From the NCBI GenBank assembly GCA_040901675.1, contig JBBDYJ010000032.1:229067-293066 (forward strand): DNA of 64,000 nt, written 5' to 3'. Positions within the stretch are counted from its first letter, which is position 1, and the number at the start of each line of letters is the position of its first letter. The notes below the pieces were generated by a model. The model saw only the letters and a list, made by a program, of their open reading frames with translations. It was not told the origin of the DNA and ran no database searches. This DNA is from Pirellulales bacterium (lineage in GTDB: Bacteria; Planctomycetota; Planctomycetia; Pirellulales; JAICIG01). The position numbers and the translations under genes were made by a program. Shown piece by piece: positions 9,363 to 20,424 of the stretch.

Positions 9363-9785
9363 ATGAACCGCGTGCAGCCGGCCGAACAGGCCGTGAGCGA
9401 GTTGATGAAGTTCGAGTGCGAAGCGTTGGCCCGCTCCACCAAGGCCACGGTCGGCTTGATCCATGCGCTGGACGCGGCTTCGCGGGCTCGAAGCCACTCC
9501 CGCAGGACGCGGCCGCTGCCGTTGGCTTTCACCGCGCCGGCCGTTGCCTTGGACGAGCAGTTCAAGCCGCTGGGCGAGCAGTTCACCGTCACGGTGCGCG
9601 ACGTTTGCACAACCGGACTGGCGCTGCTCGACACGCAGCCGATCGGCAGCAAGTACGTCGCGGTGCAGCTCGGGCTGGGCGACCAGGCTCCCAGCCAGGC
9701 CGTCGTGCAGATCCGCCGCTGCGACAAGGTCGGTCCCTACTACGAAATGGCCGGCACGTTCATCCAGCAGGTCGGCCACCCGTGA
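9363..9785 (+). CDS. PilZ-like domain protein
   Basis: RSHSR (RxxxR) and RDVCTTG (DxSxxG-like) motifs; beta-barrel ending YEMAGTF. Confidence 0.6.
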   Translation: MNRVQPAEQAVSELMKFECEALARSTKATVGLIHALDAASRARSHSRRTRPLPLAFTAPAVALDEQFKPLGEQFTVTVRDVCTTGLALLDTQPIGSKYVAVQLGLGDQAPSQAVVQIRRCDKVGPYYEMAGTFIQQVGHP

Positions 9786-9984
9786 CCTGGCTCGGCGAGT
9801 GCCGCTGCTCGTCGGCGAAGCCGGCAAACAAATCGTAGATCGCCTGCGGCGTGCGCAAGGCGCCGTCCCTTGGGAAAGAGAAAGGAGCTGTGACCATATA
9901 CCGATTCCGCGCGGTCGTGCCCCTTCGGGTCGATCCCCACGCTGTCTACCGCCAGCAACAAGCAGTTGCGAATCATGAGCGCCC

Positions 9985-10854
9985 TCAGCCGGCCTTGGTC
10001 CAGGTGGACACGGCCGCATCGCTGGGGCCGACTGAAATTGTGGGCCCGGGGATGTCCTGCTCGGCCACGTGAACGTCAGCCTGGGGCGCAGCCTCGACCA
10101 GGGCCGTGCGGGCGGCCGCCAACGCCAACGCCGGGCGGTTGCAATCGCGGCTGAGGTGCAATTGCACCAGGTGCCGCAAGCGGCCAGGACGGGAACGCGC
10201 TACGGCCTCGCTCAAGAGAGAGGCCGCCTGCTCGTTGGACAGATGCCCCTCGTCGCCCAGCACGCGGCCGATCAAGGGGGCGGACCTGCCGCTGTTGTTC
10301 TGCAGTTGGACATCGTGGTTGAACTCCAACGCCAGCAAGTCGACGTCGGAAAAGGCGTCGGCCAGCCGCGAGTCCCAGCATCCCAGATCCGAGGCATAGC
10401 CCAGCGCCCAGGGCCGGCTGAACAGGTCGCCTCCACCCTCGAAGCGAAAGCCAAACGTAGCGTCGCAGTCGTGTGCCAGTGGCAAGGGAAAGCATCGCAT
10501 CCCACCGCAGGCGAACTGCTGACCTTCGGCAAAGAACCGGACGAGCTTCAGCGCTTCGAGCGCCGCAAAGGACGACGACGTTCGCCTCAGCCAGCGGGCA
10601 TGGTGACGATGGCAGTACAGGGGGATGCCCAGGCGGACCAGGTGCGCCAGCGTGCGGCGGTTCCAATGGTCGCCATGGGTGTGCGTGAGCACGACGGCCT
10701 GGATCCGCCGCCAGCAGCGCCCGACGGCCGACAATCGGCCGGCGAGCTGCCTGGGGCCGAGGCCCGCATCCACGAGCAGGCCAAAGCCGTCGGCTTCGAG
10801 CAAGCTGGCATTGCCGGCGCTGCCGCTGGCCAACACGGTCCATTCCACTGGCAT
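9985..10854 (-). CDS. MBL-fold metallo-hydrolase (YycJ/WalJ-like)
   Basis: LASGSAGN, DAG, THTHGDH, HD, SDLG, EFNHD, GHLSN, HLSRDCN motifs. Confidence 0.88.
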   Translation of the reverse strand: MPVEWTVLASGSAGNASLLEADGFGLLVDAGLGPRQLAGRLSAVGRCWRRIQAVVLTHTHGDHWNRRTLAHLVRLGIPLYCHRHHARWLRRTSSSFAALEALKLVRFFAEGQQFACGGMRCFPLPLAHDCDATFGFRFEGGGDLFSRPWALGYASDLGCWDSRLADAFSDVDLLALEFNHDVQLQNNSGRSAPLIGRVLGDEGHLSNEQAASLLSEAVARSRPGRLRHLVQLHLSRDCNRPALALAAARTALVEAAPQADVHVAEQDIPGPTISVGPSDAAVSTWTKAG

Positions 10855-11024
10855 CGCACTTCCCTGCCGCGCCCCAATCGGAAAGCCCGGCCCCAAGCCC
10901 AGCCGCAGAGTATACCGTGCGGATGCACCGGGCGCCACCCCGTTTTGGGTAAACGGCGCTGCGGGTGCCGGCCGGCCCGGCCGCGCCAAGCTGTTCCCCG
11001 TGCTAGAGTTGCGTGGAGGAAACC

Positions 11025-12203
11025 ATGGTTGCCAACCCGATCAAAGTGTTGCTGATTGAGAACAACCGCGTTGAAGCGCTGCTGGTCAAGCAGTGGCTGT
11101 CCGGCAAGGCGGAGCCGGCATTCGAGCTGGAAACAGTCGACCGGCTGGCCGCCGGTTTGGACCGTCTGGCCCGGGGCGGGATCGACATCGTCTTGTCCGA
11201 CCTCAACTTGCCCGACAGCCGAGGATTGGAGACGTTTGCCACCATCCATCGCGGCGCGCCGCAAGTGCCGGTGGTGCTGCTGACCAGCCAGAACGACGAA
11301 GCCCTGGCGGTCCAGGCCGTTGAAGGAGGAGCCCAGGATTACCTGATCAAGAACCGGGTCAACGGCAACGCGGTCAACCGGATCATTCGCTACGCGTTGG
11401 CTCGCCACAAGGGGCAGGCCGAGCGCCTGAGCCAGGTCCAGCGGAACAAGACCGCCCGAATCATCGGCTTCCTGAGCGGCAAGGGCGGCACCGGCACGAC
11501 GACCGTCGCGGTGAACGTCGGCGCGGCGCTGGCCAAACAGCAGAAGGTGGTCGTGTGCGCCGAGCTTCGGCCGGCGATCGGGACCTTGGCCTTCCAACTC
11601 CGGCAGAAGCCGGCGGCGGACTTACAAAGCCTGTGGGCACTGCCGGCCGACCGGATCGACGAGCGGGCGCTGAATGCGCTGGTGTGCAAAGGCCCCGGAG
11701 AGCTGCGGTTGTTGTTCGGTCCACAGGAAGTAGACGACTTCAAGCCCATCGAACCGGCCCAGGCCGAGGCGGTCATCCGTGGACTGGCCGGCACGGCCGA
11801 TTACCTCCTGCTCGACTTACCCTGCCAGCCGTCGGCCGCCACCCAGGCGGCGGTTCGCCTCTGCAATTTCATCGCCCTGGTGACCGACCGAGAGCCTTCG
11901 TCGGTGCTGGCCTGTCGAACGATGCTCGAGCTCATGAGGGGCTGGGGTGTCGGCGGCAGCCTGGTGGGCGCGGTGATTGTCAACCGCACGGCATCCATGG
12001 CCCCGATGAAGATGCCCGAGCTGCAAGCCCAACTGGGCTCGATGGTGGTTGGCGTCATACCGCCCGCAGCCGATGCCTGCCTGCGAGCCCAGGAGTCAGG
12101 CAGCCCGCTGGTCCTCTCCCAACCAAATAACGTGGCTTCCGCCAGTTTCGTCGAGCTGGCGAGCCGGCTGGTCGCCGACGTGGTCGTGGCCGTCAAGTTC
12201 TAG
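11025..12203 (+). CDS. Receiver domain + MinD/ParA-like ATPase (CpaE/TadZ-like)
   Basis: GGAGGA RBS; REC domain (LSDLNLPD, GAQDYLIK) fused to deviant Walker A SGKGGTGTTT, LLLDLP, IVNR. Confidence 0.82.
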   Translation: MVANPIKVLLIENNRVEALLVKQWLSGKAEPAFELETVDRLAAGLDRLARGGIDIVLSDLNLPDSRGLETFATIHRGAPQVPVVLLTSQNDEALAVQAVEGGAQDYLIKNRVNGNAVNRIIRYALARHKGQAERLSQVQRNKTARIIGFLSGKGGTGTTTVAVNVGAALAKQQKVVVCAELRPAIGTLAFQLRQKPAADLQSLWALPADRIDERALNALVCKGPGELRLLFGPQEVDDFKPIEPAQAEAVIRGLAGTADYLLLDLPCQPSAATQAAVRLCNFIALVTDREPSSVLACRTMLELMRGWGVGGSLVGAVIVNRTASMAPMKMPELQAQLGSMVVGVIPPAADACLRAQESGSPLVLSQPNNVASASFVELASRLVADVVVAVKF

Positions 12204-12224
12204 TCCGCCGTCAAGTTCTAGTCC
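12189..12224. repeat. Perfect 18-bp tandem duplication GCCGTCAAGTTCTAGTCC x2 spanning a stop codon
   Basis: 12189-12206 equals 12207-12224, followed by a further TAGTCC. Confidence 0.9.
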
Positions 12225-12436
12225 TAGTCCAATGCCCGGGCGTCGAGCTCGGCTGCGACGTCGCCCAAGAGGGTGGCTTCCACAAGGGGGGGCATCCAGA
12301 CAGCGGGTTTAAAGCCGGCCCGCCGAGCGGATTCGTCCACGCTCCAATTCCGGCGGATTTCCGCAGTAAGACGGCGAATTTCGGTAGGGGAGGGATCGGT
12401 CAGCGAACGTTGACGTTGAAGCGCGCGTTGGATCAT
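12224..12436 (-). CDS. Small hypothetical protein (70 aa)
   Basis: MIQRALQ...DPSPTEIRRLTAEIRRNWSVDESARRAG; protein-like composition; fills the gap between divergent genes. Confidence 0.55.
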   Translation of the reverse strand: MIQRALQRQRSLTDPSPTEIRRLTAEIRRNWSVDESARRAGFKPAVWMPPLVEATLLGDVAAELDARALD

Positions 12437-12794
12437 CAGGGTTGCCCTTTTCCGCTCGGGTGATGTGCGAACCGCACGCGGAGGGCGGGCCACGAACGTG
12501 GCCGGCTCGAAGTGAAACACGCCATCCGCACGGCAGTTCGATCTTTTTTACGAACGATTCGGGCCGTGGGGTCGCAAAAAAAACGGATCAAAGCGAAAAA
12601 AGTGGCCGGGAAGAGATCCCTCCGTCGTGCCCGGCGGGGACTGGCGAAATGAGGGCGTCCAGGCGATGATGTTGCGGCTCGGCGGGCAGGGCGGTCCGCC
12701 AGGATTCGGTCGCGGGGCAGCCGGCGGCTGGAAGATCGCCCCTGGGACCGCAGAAGCTGTGTGTCGATCATGAAAACCACGAGGTGACAACCCA

Positions 12795-14024
12795 ATGAAG
12801 AGGCGCTGCTCGATTGCGTTGGCGGGCGTTTGGCTCTGCGCGGCGGCTTTGACGACTGGAGCCGAGACGGCCGAGGTGGACGAAAGTCCGCTGCCCTTGG
12901 TTGCTCAACGGGCCTTCCCAAGACTCCAGTTTCAGCGGCCCTTGTTGCTGACCCATGCGGGCGACGGCAGCAACCGCGTCTTCGTCGCCTCGCAGTTGGG
13001 CACGGTCCACGTGTTCAAGAACGATCAAAACACGGCCCGTTCCGCGGTGTTTCTCGACATCCGCTCGCGCGTGGTTTACAAGGATGCCGAAAACGAAGAG
13101 GGCTTCCTGGGGATGGCATTCCATCCCGACTACAAGGACAACGGCCGGTTCTATGTCTACTACACGACCACCGACGAGCCGCACACGTCGGTAATTTCGC
13201 GGTTTCGCGTCTCGAAGAACAACCCCAATCGGGCCGACCCCCAGAGCGAGCAGGAGTTACTGCGGATCCCGCAGCCGTACTGGAACCACAATGGGGGCAC
13301 GTTGGTGTTCGGCCCGGACGGGTATCTCTACATCGGCTTGGGCGACGGCGGCGCGGCGAACGACCCGCACGGAAACGGCCAGAACCTGCAGACGCTGCTG
13401 GGATCGATCCTGCGAATCGACGTGGACCGCCAGGAGTCCGGCAAGCCCTACGCCATCCCTCCGGACAACCCGTTTGCCGGCGGCCAGCGCGGGGCACGCC
13501 CGGAGATCTGGGCCTATGGTCTGCGCAACGTCTGGCGGATGTCGTTCGACCGTGAGACGGGCACGTGCTGGGCCGCCGACGTGGGACAAGACCTCTGGGA
13601 GGAGATCAACCTGATCGAGCGGGGGGGCAACTATGGCTGGAACCTGCGCGAGGGCAAGCACGCCTTCGGACCGATGGGGTCGGTACCTCGCGACGATTTG
13701 ATTGAGCCGATCTGGGAATACCACCACGACGTGGGCAAGTCGATCACGGGAGGCCACGTCTACCGGGGCCGCAGGCTGCCGACGCTGGTGGGGGCCTATC
13801 TCTACGCGGACTACGTAACCGGCAAGCTATGGGCCTTATGGTACGACGAAGGCGAGCAGCGTGTGGTGGCCAACCGGCCGATCAGCGGCAACATCATGCC
13901 CGTGATGTCGTTCGGCGAGGACGAGCCAGGCGAGGTTTATTTCATGATCGACAAAGGCACGCTGCACCGCTTCGGTCCGGAAGGACGCCCACGGAGCGGC
14001 GCGGAAAAAAAGCGCGGATCTTAG
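12795..14024 (+). CDS. PQQ-dependent sugar dehydrogenase (glucose/sorbosone dehydrogenase family), secreted
   Basis: Signal peptide; [50 protein letters not shown]. Confidence 0.9.
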   Translation: MKRRCSIALAGVWLCAAALTTGAETAEVDESPLPLVAQRAFPRLQFQRPLLLTHAGDGSNRVFVASQLGTVHVFKNDQNTARSAVFLDIRSRVVYKDAENEEGFLGMAFHPDYKDNGRFYVYYTTTDEPHTSVISRFRVSKNNPNRADPQSEQELLRIPQPYWNHNGGTLVFGPDGYLYIGLGDGGAANDPHGNGQNLQTLLGSILRIDVDRQESGKPYAIPPDNPFAGGQRGARPEIWAYGLRNVWRMSFDRETGTCWAADVGQDLWEEINLIERGGNYGWNLREGKHAFGPMGSVPRDDLIEPIWEYHHDVGKSITGGHVYRGRRLPTLVGAYLYADYVTGKLWALWYDEGEQRVVANRPISGNIMPVMSFGEDEPGEVYFMIDKGTLHRFGPEGRPRSGAEKKRGS

Positions 14025-14067
14025 ACTTAGAGCTTGGCCTCGAACCACCCGTTGGAAAGACGGCCCC

Positions 14068-15108
14068 ATGAAGACGATGCAGGCGCTGGTCAAACGCGAG
14101 TCGCGCGCCGGGCTCTGGCTGGAAGATGTTCCGGTGCCCGAGATCGGCATCAACGACGTGCTGATCGAAGTGCTGCGCACCGGAATCTGCGGCACCGACA
14201 TCCATATCTATCAATGGGATGCCTGGGCGCAGAAAACCATTCCGGTGCCGATGGTGGTGGGGCACGAGTTCGTGGGCCGGATTGTCGAGGTCGGCTCGAA
14301 TGTCAGCGACTTTCACTCCGGCGAGATCGTGAGCGGCGAGGGACACGTGGTGTGCGGCCACTGCCGCAACTGCCTGGCTGGCCGGCGGCACTTGTGCAAG
14401 GACACCAAGGGCGTCGGCGTGAATCGGCCGGGGGCGTTCGCCCAGTACCTGGCCTTGCCGATGACCAACGTCTGGGTGCACGATCCGGCGATTCCCCGCG
14501 ACGTGCAGGCGATCTTCGACCCGTTTGGCAACGCGGTGCACACGGCCTTGTCGTTCGACGTGCTGGGCGAGGACGTGCTGATCACCGGCGCCGGCCCGAT
14601 CGGGATCATGGCGGCCGCCGTCGCGCGGCACGCCGGCGCGCGCCACGTGGTGGTTACCGACGTCAATCCCTACCGCTTGGAGCTTGCCAGGCGGATGGGG
14701 GCCACGCGGGCCCTTGACGTGCGGGAGGAATCGATCGCCGCGGCCCAGGAGCGGCTGGGGATGAAGGAGGGCTTCGACGTCGGGCTGGAAATGTCGGGCA
14801 ACCCGTCGGCATTGCGCGACATGCTGGTCAACATGTGCCACGGTGGAAAGATTGCCATGCTGGGCATCCCGGAACAGGAAACGGCGATCGACTGGAATCT
14901 GGTCGTGTTCAACATGCTGACGATCAAGGGGATCTACGGCCGCGAGATGTACGAGACCTGGTACAAGATGACGGTCATGCTGCAGTCGGGCCTGGACATC
15001 AGCCCGGTAGTCACACACCGTTTTCACTACAGCGAGTTCGAACAGGGGTTCGAAGTGATGCGCAGCGGCCAGTCGGGCAAGGTCGTGCTGATCTGGCAGG
15101 AAGGCTGA
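14068..15108 (+). CDS. tdh: L-threonine 3-dehydrogenase
   Basis: [41 protein letters not shown]; adjacent to kbl. Confidence 0.96.
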   Translation: MKTMQALVKRESRAGLWLEDVPVPEIGINDVLIEVLRTGICGTDIHIYQWDAWAQKTIPVPMVVGHEFVGRIVEVGSNVSDFHSGEIVSGEGHVVCGHCRNCLAGRRHLCKDTKGVGVNRPGAFAQYLALPMTNVWVHDPAIPRDVQAIFDPFGNAVHTALSFDVLGEDVLITGAGPIGIMAAAVARHAGARHVVVTDVNPYRLELARRMGATRALDVREESIAAAQERLGMKEGFDVGLEMSGNPSALRDMLVNMCHGGKIAMLGIPEQETAIDWNLVVFNMLTIKGIYGREMYETWYKMTVMLQSGLDISPVVTHRFHYSEFEQGFEVMRSGQSGKVVLIWQEG

Positions 15109-15137
15109 TCGCCTCGCCGTAGCAGGAGGACAGCGAA

Positions 15138-16322
15138 ATGTACTCGGCAATTCGGGACCACCTGGCAAACCAGCTCGACGAAATCCGCTCGGCTGGTCTG
15201 TTCAAGAACGAACGCGTGCTCACCTCGCCTCAACAAGCCCAGGTGGCGGTCACCGGGCGGGCGGGCGTGCTCAACATGTGCGCGAACAACTATCTGGGGC
15301 TGGCCGACCATCCGCAGGTGGTGGCCGCCGCGCGGCAAGCCTTGGACGAGTGGGGTTATGGAATGGCCTCGGTCCGCTTCATCTGCGGCACGCAACTTCC
15401 GCACCGGCAACTGGAGCAGCGGCTGTCGGAGTTTCTGGGCACGGAGGAGACTATTCTTTACACGTCGTGCTTCGACGCCAACGGCGGGTTGTTCGAAACG
15501 CTGCTCTCGGCGGACGACGCGGTGATTTCCGACGAGCTGAACCACGCCTCGATCATCGACGGCATCAGGCTCTCCAAGGCGCAGCGCTTTCGATATCGAA
15601 ACAACGACATGGCCGACCTGCAGGCCAGGCTCGAGGAGGCGGCTGCCGCCCGCTTCCGCATGATCGCCACCGACGGAGTGTTCTCGATGGACGGCTCCAT
15701 CGCCAACCTGCCGGCCATCTGCGATCTGGCCGACCGCCACGATGCCCTGGTGATGGTCGACGACTCGCACGCGGTCGGCGTGCTGGGGCGGCGTGGCCGC
15801 GGAACACATGAGCACCAGGGTGTGATGGACCGGGTCGATATTCTCACCGGCACGCTGGGCAAGGCGCTGGGAGGCGCCAGCGGCGGCTACACCAGCGGCC
15901 GGCGGGAGATCGTCGAGCTGCTGCGGCAACGGTCGCGTCCTTACTTGTTCTCCAATTCGTTGGCGCCGCCGATCGTGGCCGGCTCGCTCAAGGCCATCAG
16001 CCTGCTGGAGAGTTCGACCGAGCTGGGAGACCGGCTGGCGGAGAACACGCGTCTTTTCCGCCAGGGCATGATCGAGCGCGGCTTCAAGATCGCGCCGGGC
16101 GAGCACCCGATCGTGCCCATCATGCTGGGCGACGCGCAGTTGGCCGCACGCATGGCCGAGCGGATGCTCGAGCTGGGCGTCTATGTCGTCGGCTTTTCGC
16201 ATCCGGTGGTGCCGCGGGACAAGGCCCGCATCCGCGTGCAGGTATCGGCCGCTCACAGTCGGCAGGATCTCGAGCTGGCGCTGGGCGCCTTCAGCCAGGT
16301 GAAAAGCGAGCTGGGGATCTGA
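15138..16322 (+). CDS. kbl: Glycine C-acetyltransferase (2-amino-3-ketobutyrate CoA ligase)
   Basis: [55 protein letters not shown]. Confidence 0.96.
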   Translation: MYSAIRDHLANQLDEIRSAGLFKNERVLTSPQQAQVAVTGRAGVLNMCANNYLGLADHPQVVAAARQALDEWGYGMASVRFICGTQLPHRQLEQRLSEFLGTEETILYTSCFDANGGLFETLLSADDAVISDELNHASIIDGIRLSKAQRFRYRNNDMADLQARLEEAAAARFRMIATDGVFSMDGSIANLPAICDLADRHDALVMVDDSHAVGVLGRRGRGTHEHQGVMDRVDILTGTLGKALGGASGGYTSGRREIVELLRQRSRPYLFSNSLAPPIVAGSLKAISLLESSTELGDRLAENTRLFRQGMIERGFKIAPGEHPIVPIMLGDAQLAARMAERMLELGVYVVGFSHPVVPRDKARIRVQVSAAHSRQDLELALGAFSQVKSELGI

Positions 16323-16405
16323 ATAGCGCGTTGACGAAGTGGGGGAGAAGCTACAATTCAAGGCGACCACTTGCTCCCACTGTTACCCCGCCCAGGGGAC
16401 CCGCC

Positions 16406-17548
16406 ATGGCCGACTATCCCGATGTGCCGCGCCGCCCCGTCTCAGGCCCGTCGCATTTGCCGTATCTGGTTTTGATCCTGGTCCTGCTGGGGCTTCTCGT
16501 CTGGCGCTGGTCGGCGCCTTTTGCAACCAGCCTCCACGATCCGGACGCCGTGCCTCGGACGGTGATTGCCCGCGGCGATCTGGCGGCGGATGAGAAAGCA
16601 ACGATCGAGTTGTTCCGAAAGGCATCTCCATCCGTCGTCTACATCACCACGCTGGCCGTCCGCCGAGACATCTTCAGCCTGAACGTGCTCGAAACGCCGC
16701 AAGGCGCCGGTTCCGGGTTCATCTGGGACGAGCAGGGGCACGTCGTCACGAACTACCACGTCATCCGCGGGGCCGATGCCGCCCAAGTGATGCTCGAAGA
16801 TCGGTCGACCTCCTACGCGCAGGTAGTCGGCGTGGCGGCCGACAAGGACATTGCCGTATTGAAGATCGACGCCGGAGCCGCCCGCCTTCGGCCGATCGGC
16901 GTGGGCGCCTCGAAGGACCTGCAGGTGGGCCAGAAGGTGTTCGCCATCGGCAACCCCTTCGGCCTGGACCAGACGCTCACCACGGGGATCATCAGTGGCT
17001 TGGGGCGGGAGATCCTTTCCACGACGCGGCGAACGATCCAGGGTGTGATTCAGACCGACGCGGCCATCAACCCCGGCAATTCGGGCGGGCCGCTATTGGA
17101 CAGTGCGGGCCTGTTGGTCGGCGTCAACACGGCCATCTACAGCCCCTCGGGCACCTATGCCGGCGTGGGGTTCGCGGTGCCGGCCGACACGGTGAACCGC
17201 ATTGTGCCGCAGTTGATTCGCCACGGCCGCGTCGTGCGGCCGGGGCTGGGTGCGGAGATTGCTGAAGATCAGCTCACCGGGCGGCTGGGGCTGAAGGGCG
17301 TGCTGGTAATCAACGTAAGGCAAGGCAGTGCGGCCGCCGAGGCGGGGATGCAGCCGACGCGGTACGACGCCACGGGCCGGGTGCTGCTGGGGGATCTGAT
17401 TGTCGCGATCGACGACCGCAAGGTGGAAAGCACCGACGATTTGTTCACTGCGCTGGAAAGCTACCAGATCGGCGATCGCGTGACCGTGACGGTCCAGCGC
17501 AACGGCCGAAGAATCGAGCTGCCCATAACGCTTCAGGAAGCGCAGTAA
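16406..17548 (+). CDS. HtrA/DegP-like trypsin serine protease with one PDZ domain
   Basis: TM anchor; TNYH, DIAVL, TDAAINPGNSGG catalytic triad; C-terminal PDZ. Confidence 0.92.
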   Translation: MADYPDVPRRPVSGPSHLPYLVLILVLLGLLVWRWSAPFATSLHDPDAVPRTVIARGDLAADEKATIELFRKASPSVVYITTLAVRRDIFSLNVLETPQGAGSGFIWDEQGHVVTNYHVIRGADAAQVMLEDRSTSYAQVVGVAADKDIAVLKIDAGAARLRPIGVGASKDLQVGQKVFAIGNPFGLDQTLTTGIISGLGREILSTTRRTIQGVIQTDAAINPGNSGGPLLDSAGLLVGVNTAIYSPSGTYAGVGFAVPADTVNRIVPQLIRHGRVVRPGLGAEIAEDQLTGRLGLKGVLVINVRQGSAAAEAGMQPTRYDATGRVLLGDLIVAIDDRKVESTDDLFTALESYQIGDRVTVTVQRNGRRIELPITLQEAQ

Positions 17549-17591
17549 GCCGCGGTCGCGGAGTGACGGACAACGAACGCGAAAACGACGC

Positions 17592-17647
17592 TCTGCGTCT
17601 GCCCTTTTGCCCTACTTCCGACTTCTGGCTTCTGCCCTCTGACTTCT
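17592..17647 (-). repeat. Degenerate heptamer tandem repeat (AGAAGTC-type on the minus strand)
   Basis: Minus strand reads AGAAGTC AGAGGGC AGAAGCC AGAAGTC GGAAGTA...; lies between convergent genes. Confidence 0.7.
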
Positions 17648-17652
17648 AGCTG

Positions 17653-17895
17653 TCACGGGCAGCAGAGCTTGCGCGGGTGCTGGTCGGCGGCCTGGCGCAA
17701 GGCCAACACGCCGGCGCGGTCGGGCATCTCCTTGAGCATCTCGAGCAGGTCGTCGGGGGGCATGCCCCAAACCGCCTCGGCTGTTTCGACGCGGACGTAG
17801 CGGCCGTCCGGCTGGTCCTCCAGCCTCAGTTGGACTGCCGCCGGCCCAACCACGCGCCGGATCTCGGCTTCGAGCTGATCTTCGATCGTTGGCAC
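17653..17895 (-). CDS. Small hypothetical protein (80 aa)
   Basis: AAAGGAG upstream of a GTG start; PTIEDQLEAEIRR...LCCP. Confidence 0.6.
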   Translation of the reverse strand: MPTIEDQLEAEIRRVVGPAAVQLRLEDQPDGRYVRVETAEAVWGMPPDDLLEMLKEMPDRAGVLALRQAADQHPRKLCCP

Positions 17896-18104
17896 GAGCG
17901 GACGAGCTCCTTTATGTTGCAAGCGTGTCACGTGGCCGGCCATAGTGCGGAGGGCAAGATCAATGCCGCGATTGCAAAAAAACTTGCGTGGCGACGTCAC
18001 GAGGGATTGATCACCCAGGTTGCCGGGAGGACACTGGCAGCGTCAGAGAGCGATCGTCCGACGAAGTGAAACACGGTCCAGCGCAAATCCAGGGAGATGC
18101 TTCG

Positions 18105-19481
18105 ATGTCGCTGCGAAAACTGATGGTACTGTCGAGCCTGTTCGGTTTGGCATATTCGGTGCAGGCCGCCGAGCCGGTGGCGATGAGCCAAAAGGTCGAA
18201 CAACTGGCCCGGCCGCTGATCGAGTCGGAGGTGGTCGTCGGGCTTTCGATTGCCATCTTGTACGATGGCAAGACCGAGTTTCTGGGCCTGGGCCACGTGA
18301 CCAAGGCCCTCAGCGACAAGCCGACACCGGACACGGTCTACGAGATTGGCTCGGTCACCAAGGTCTTCACGGCCTTGCTGCTGGCCGACATGGCCAAGGA
18401 GGGGCTCGTTGCACTCGACCAGCCGGTGCGCGAACTATTGCCCGACGACGTGCGGATGGCGGAGGCCACGGGCATGCCCATCACGCTGGCGGACCTCGCA
18501 ATGCACACTTCGGGCCTGCCCAGGCTGCCGAGCAACCTCGAGCCGGCCGACCCGACCAATCCTTACTCCGACTACGATGAAAAGCGGCTCTACGCGTACC
18601 TGAAAGACCAGCCGCTGACCAGGAAGGCGACCGAAAGAGTCGATTACAGCAACCTGGGCGCGGGGCTGCTGGGGCACGTTTTGGCCCTCAAGGCGGCGAC
18701 CAGCTACGAGCAGCTTGTGCTGGACCGCATTTGCCGGCCGCTGGCGATGAACGACACGCGGCGGGTGCTCGACAACCATCCTCTCCGCGGGCGGCTGGCG
18801 CCAGGCCACGATGCCGATTGCCGGCCGGCGGCGAACTGGGATCTGACCGCGCTGGCAGGCGCGGGAGGCCTGCGGTCCACAGCGCGCGACATGGCCCGGT
18901 TCATCTCCGCCAATCTCGAGCCCGGCTCCACTTCCCTGACCGCCGCGCTGGCCGAAACGCATCTGCCGCGCCACAAGCTGGATGGCCGGGCGGGGCGGAT
19001 GGCCTTGGGATGGCATGTCGCGGGCGACGGAAGCACGCGCTGGCATAACGGCGGCACCGGCGGCTATCACAGCCTGGTGGCGTTCGATCCGGCCAGGAAA
19101 ATCGCCGTGGTCGTGCTTGCCAACACGGCCTCGGACCGCGTTGACGAACTGGGCTTTGCCATCCTCCGCCTGCTCGCCGGGCAAAAGGTCGAGCAGTTGA
19201 AAGCTCGGAAGATCGCCGACGTCGGTCCGGAAATCCTGGCTCGGTACGTGGGTGAGTACGAACTGGCGCCGAACTTTGTGATCACCGTCACACTCGACGA
19301 CGCCAAGCTGATGGCACAGGCGACTGGGCAGGAAAAGTTCCGCATCTATCCAGACAGCGAGAGCCGCTTTTTTTACCGCGTGGTCGATGCCCAGGTGACG
19401 TTTGTCACCAACGACCGCGGCACCGTGGAGAAGTTGATTCTGCACCAGAACGGCCGCGACGTGCCGGGCAAAAAACGCTGA
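18105..19481 (+). CDS. Serine hydrolase (beta-lactamase/AmpC-like family) with C-terminal DUF3471-like domain
   Basis: Signal peptide; SVTK, HTSGL, YSN, HNGGTGG; C-terminal 'YVGEYEL...QATGQ...LHQNG'. Confidence 0.9.
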   Translation: MSLRKLMVLSSLFGLAYSVQAAEPVAMSQKVEQLARPLIESEVVVGLSIAILYDGKTEFLGLGHVTKALSDKPTPDTVYEIGSVTKVFTALLLADMAKEGLVALDQPVRELLPDDVRMAEATGMPITLADLAMHTSGLPRLPSNLEPADPTNPYSDYDEKRLYAYLKDQPLTRKATERVDYSNLGAGLLGHVLALKAATSYEQLVLDRICRPLAMNDTRRVLDNHPLRGRLAPGHDADCRPAANWDLTALAGAGGLRSTARDMARFISANLEPGSTSLTAALAETHLPRHKLDGRAGRMALGWHVAGDGSTRWHNGGTGGYHSLVAFDPARKIAVVVLANTASDRVDELGFAILRLLAGQKVEQLKARKIADVGPEILARYVGEYELAPNFVITVTLDDAKLMAQATGQEKFRIYPDSESRFFYRVVDAQVTFVTNDRGTVEKLILHQNGRDVPGKKR

Positions 19482-19515
19482 TCCCGTTCCGCGAGGCCGC
19501 GATCCGCCCCCGGCG

Positions 19516-19971
19516 TCAGGCGGTTGGCCCCGAGGGCCGTTGTTCGTCCTCCGGCGTGCGCCGGCACTGCCGCTGCGCCGACAGAAACGCGCGGACGTCG
19601 GCCGAATAACTCAAGGCCCAGGCATGGGCCAGGCACAACAGGCCCAGCCCGATCAAGGCAGCCACCATAAGGCCGGGCAGGGTGTCGAGCCGCGGGATGA
19701 CAAGCACGAGGGACAGGCATCCGGCCCCCAGTGCCACCAGGGCACCCGTCCAGCGGGCCCAGCCGTCGCCTCGCCAGAGGTACCAGCTTAACGCCAGCAG
19801 CAGGGCAGTTGCCGTGAACGTTGCCCGGTCCTGCCGCAACAGGAGAGCGAGCGGCCTTCCAGCCACGCCTGTCACCGCCAGCAACACGGCAGTGGCGATG
19901 GCGACGGCCACCAGGGCCCTGCCCCGTGCACGGCTTTTGGGCGAATCTGGTTTCGGACCCTCGCTGTTCAT
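19516..19971 (-). CDS. Hypothetical membrane protein (about 4 TM)
   Basis: Hydrophobic segments, LWRGDGWARW, VRAFL C-terminus. Confidence 0.6.
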   Translation of the reverse strand: MNSEGPKPDSPKSRARGRALVAVAIATAVLLAVTGVAGRPLALLLRQDRATFTATALLLALSWYLWRGDGWARWTGALVALGAGCLSLVLVIPRLDTLPGLMVAALIGLGLLCLAHAWALSYSADVRAFLSAQRQCRRTPEDEQRPSGPTA

Positions 19972-20235
19972 GTACTTTCTCGATCAAGCGGGCCAGACTG
20001 GGGTTTCATACAATTCGCAGAGCACCCATCTTAACAAACGTGCCCGCTCCAAGCTGTCCCAATACCCACATCGTCGCAGCTTGGACCCCTTCGGCCAGCC
20101 ATTTTTCAAGATGCTAGCAATGCAATGCTAGCAATCGGCAATCGGAACGCTACAATTCGGTCCGCGAGGGTGATGACCGCCCGCCTATGGGCATGAACGG
20201 AAACGCTTGGAGCCTCAGTCGCAGGGAGAAGGATC

Positions 20236-20424
20236 ATGCGCGCGACGCGAATCAGCTCGGCCCTGGAGTCGCTCCAATTGGATTGGGCACGAGTTGAGTC
20301 TCTTTCGGAGCCGGGATTGAGCGAACTGATCGCGTTTATTGAGGATCAGGCACGGATCCAGGAATCGAGCCTGGTGCATCCCGCCGACGAGTCGGAACCG
20401 CGGTTGCAGCCGTCCGAGCCTTGA
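20236..20424 (+). CDS. Small hypothetical protein (62 aa)
   Basis: GGGAGAAGG upstream of ATG; acidic helical sequence. Confidence 0.45.
   Translation: MRATRISSALESLQLDWARVESLSEPGLSELIAFIEDQARIQESSLVHPADESEPRLQPSEP

Noticed and set aside
9851..10072. Small ORF with AAAGGAG
   Set aside because: RBS is only 2 nt from the GTG, and the ORF overlaps the 3' end of the MBL gene on the opposite strand.
16331..16357. TTGACG...TACAAT promoter before the HtrA-like gene
   Set aside because: The 15-nt spacer is suboptimal; not enough support to call.
18105..19481. Antibiotic-resistance beta-lactamase call
   Set aside because: Motifs support only the broad serine hydrolase family; resistance cannot be inferred. 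The same applies to the MBL-fold and APH-like genes.
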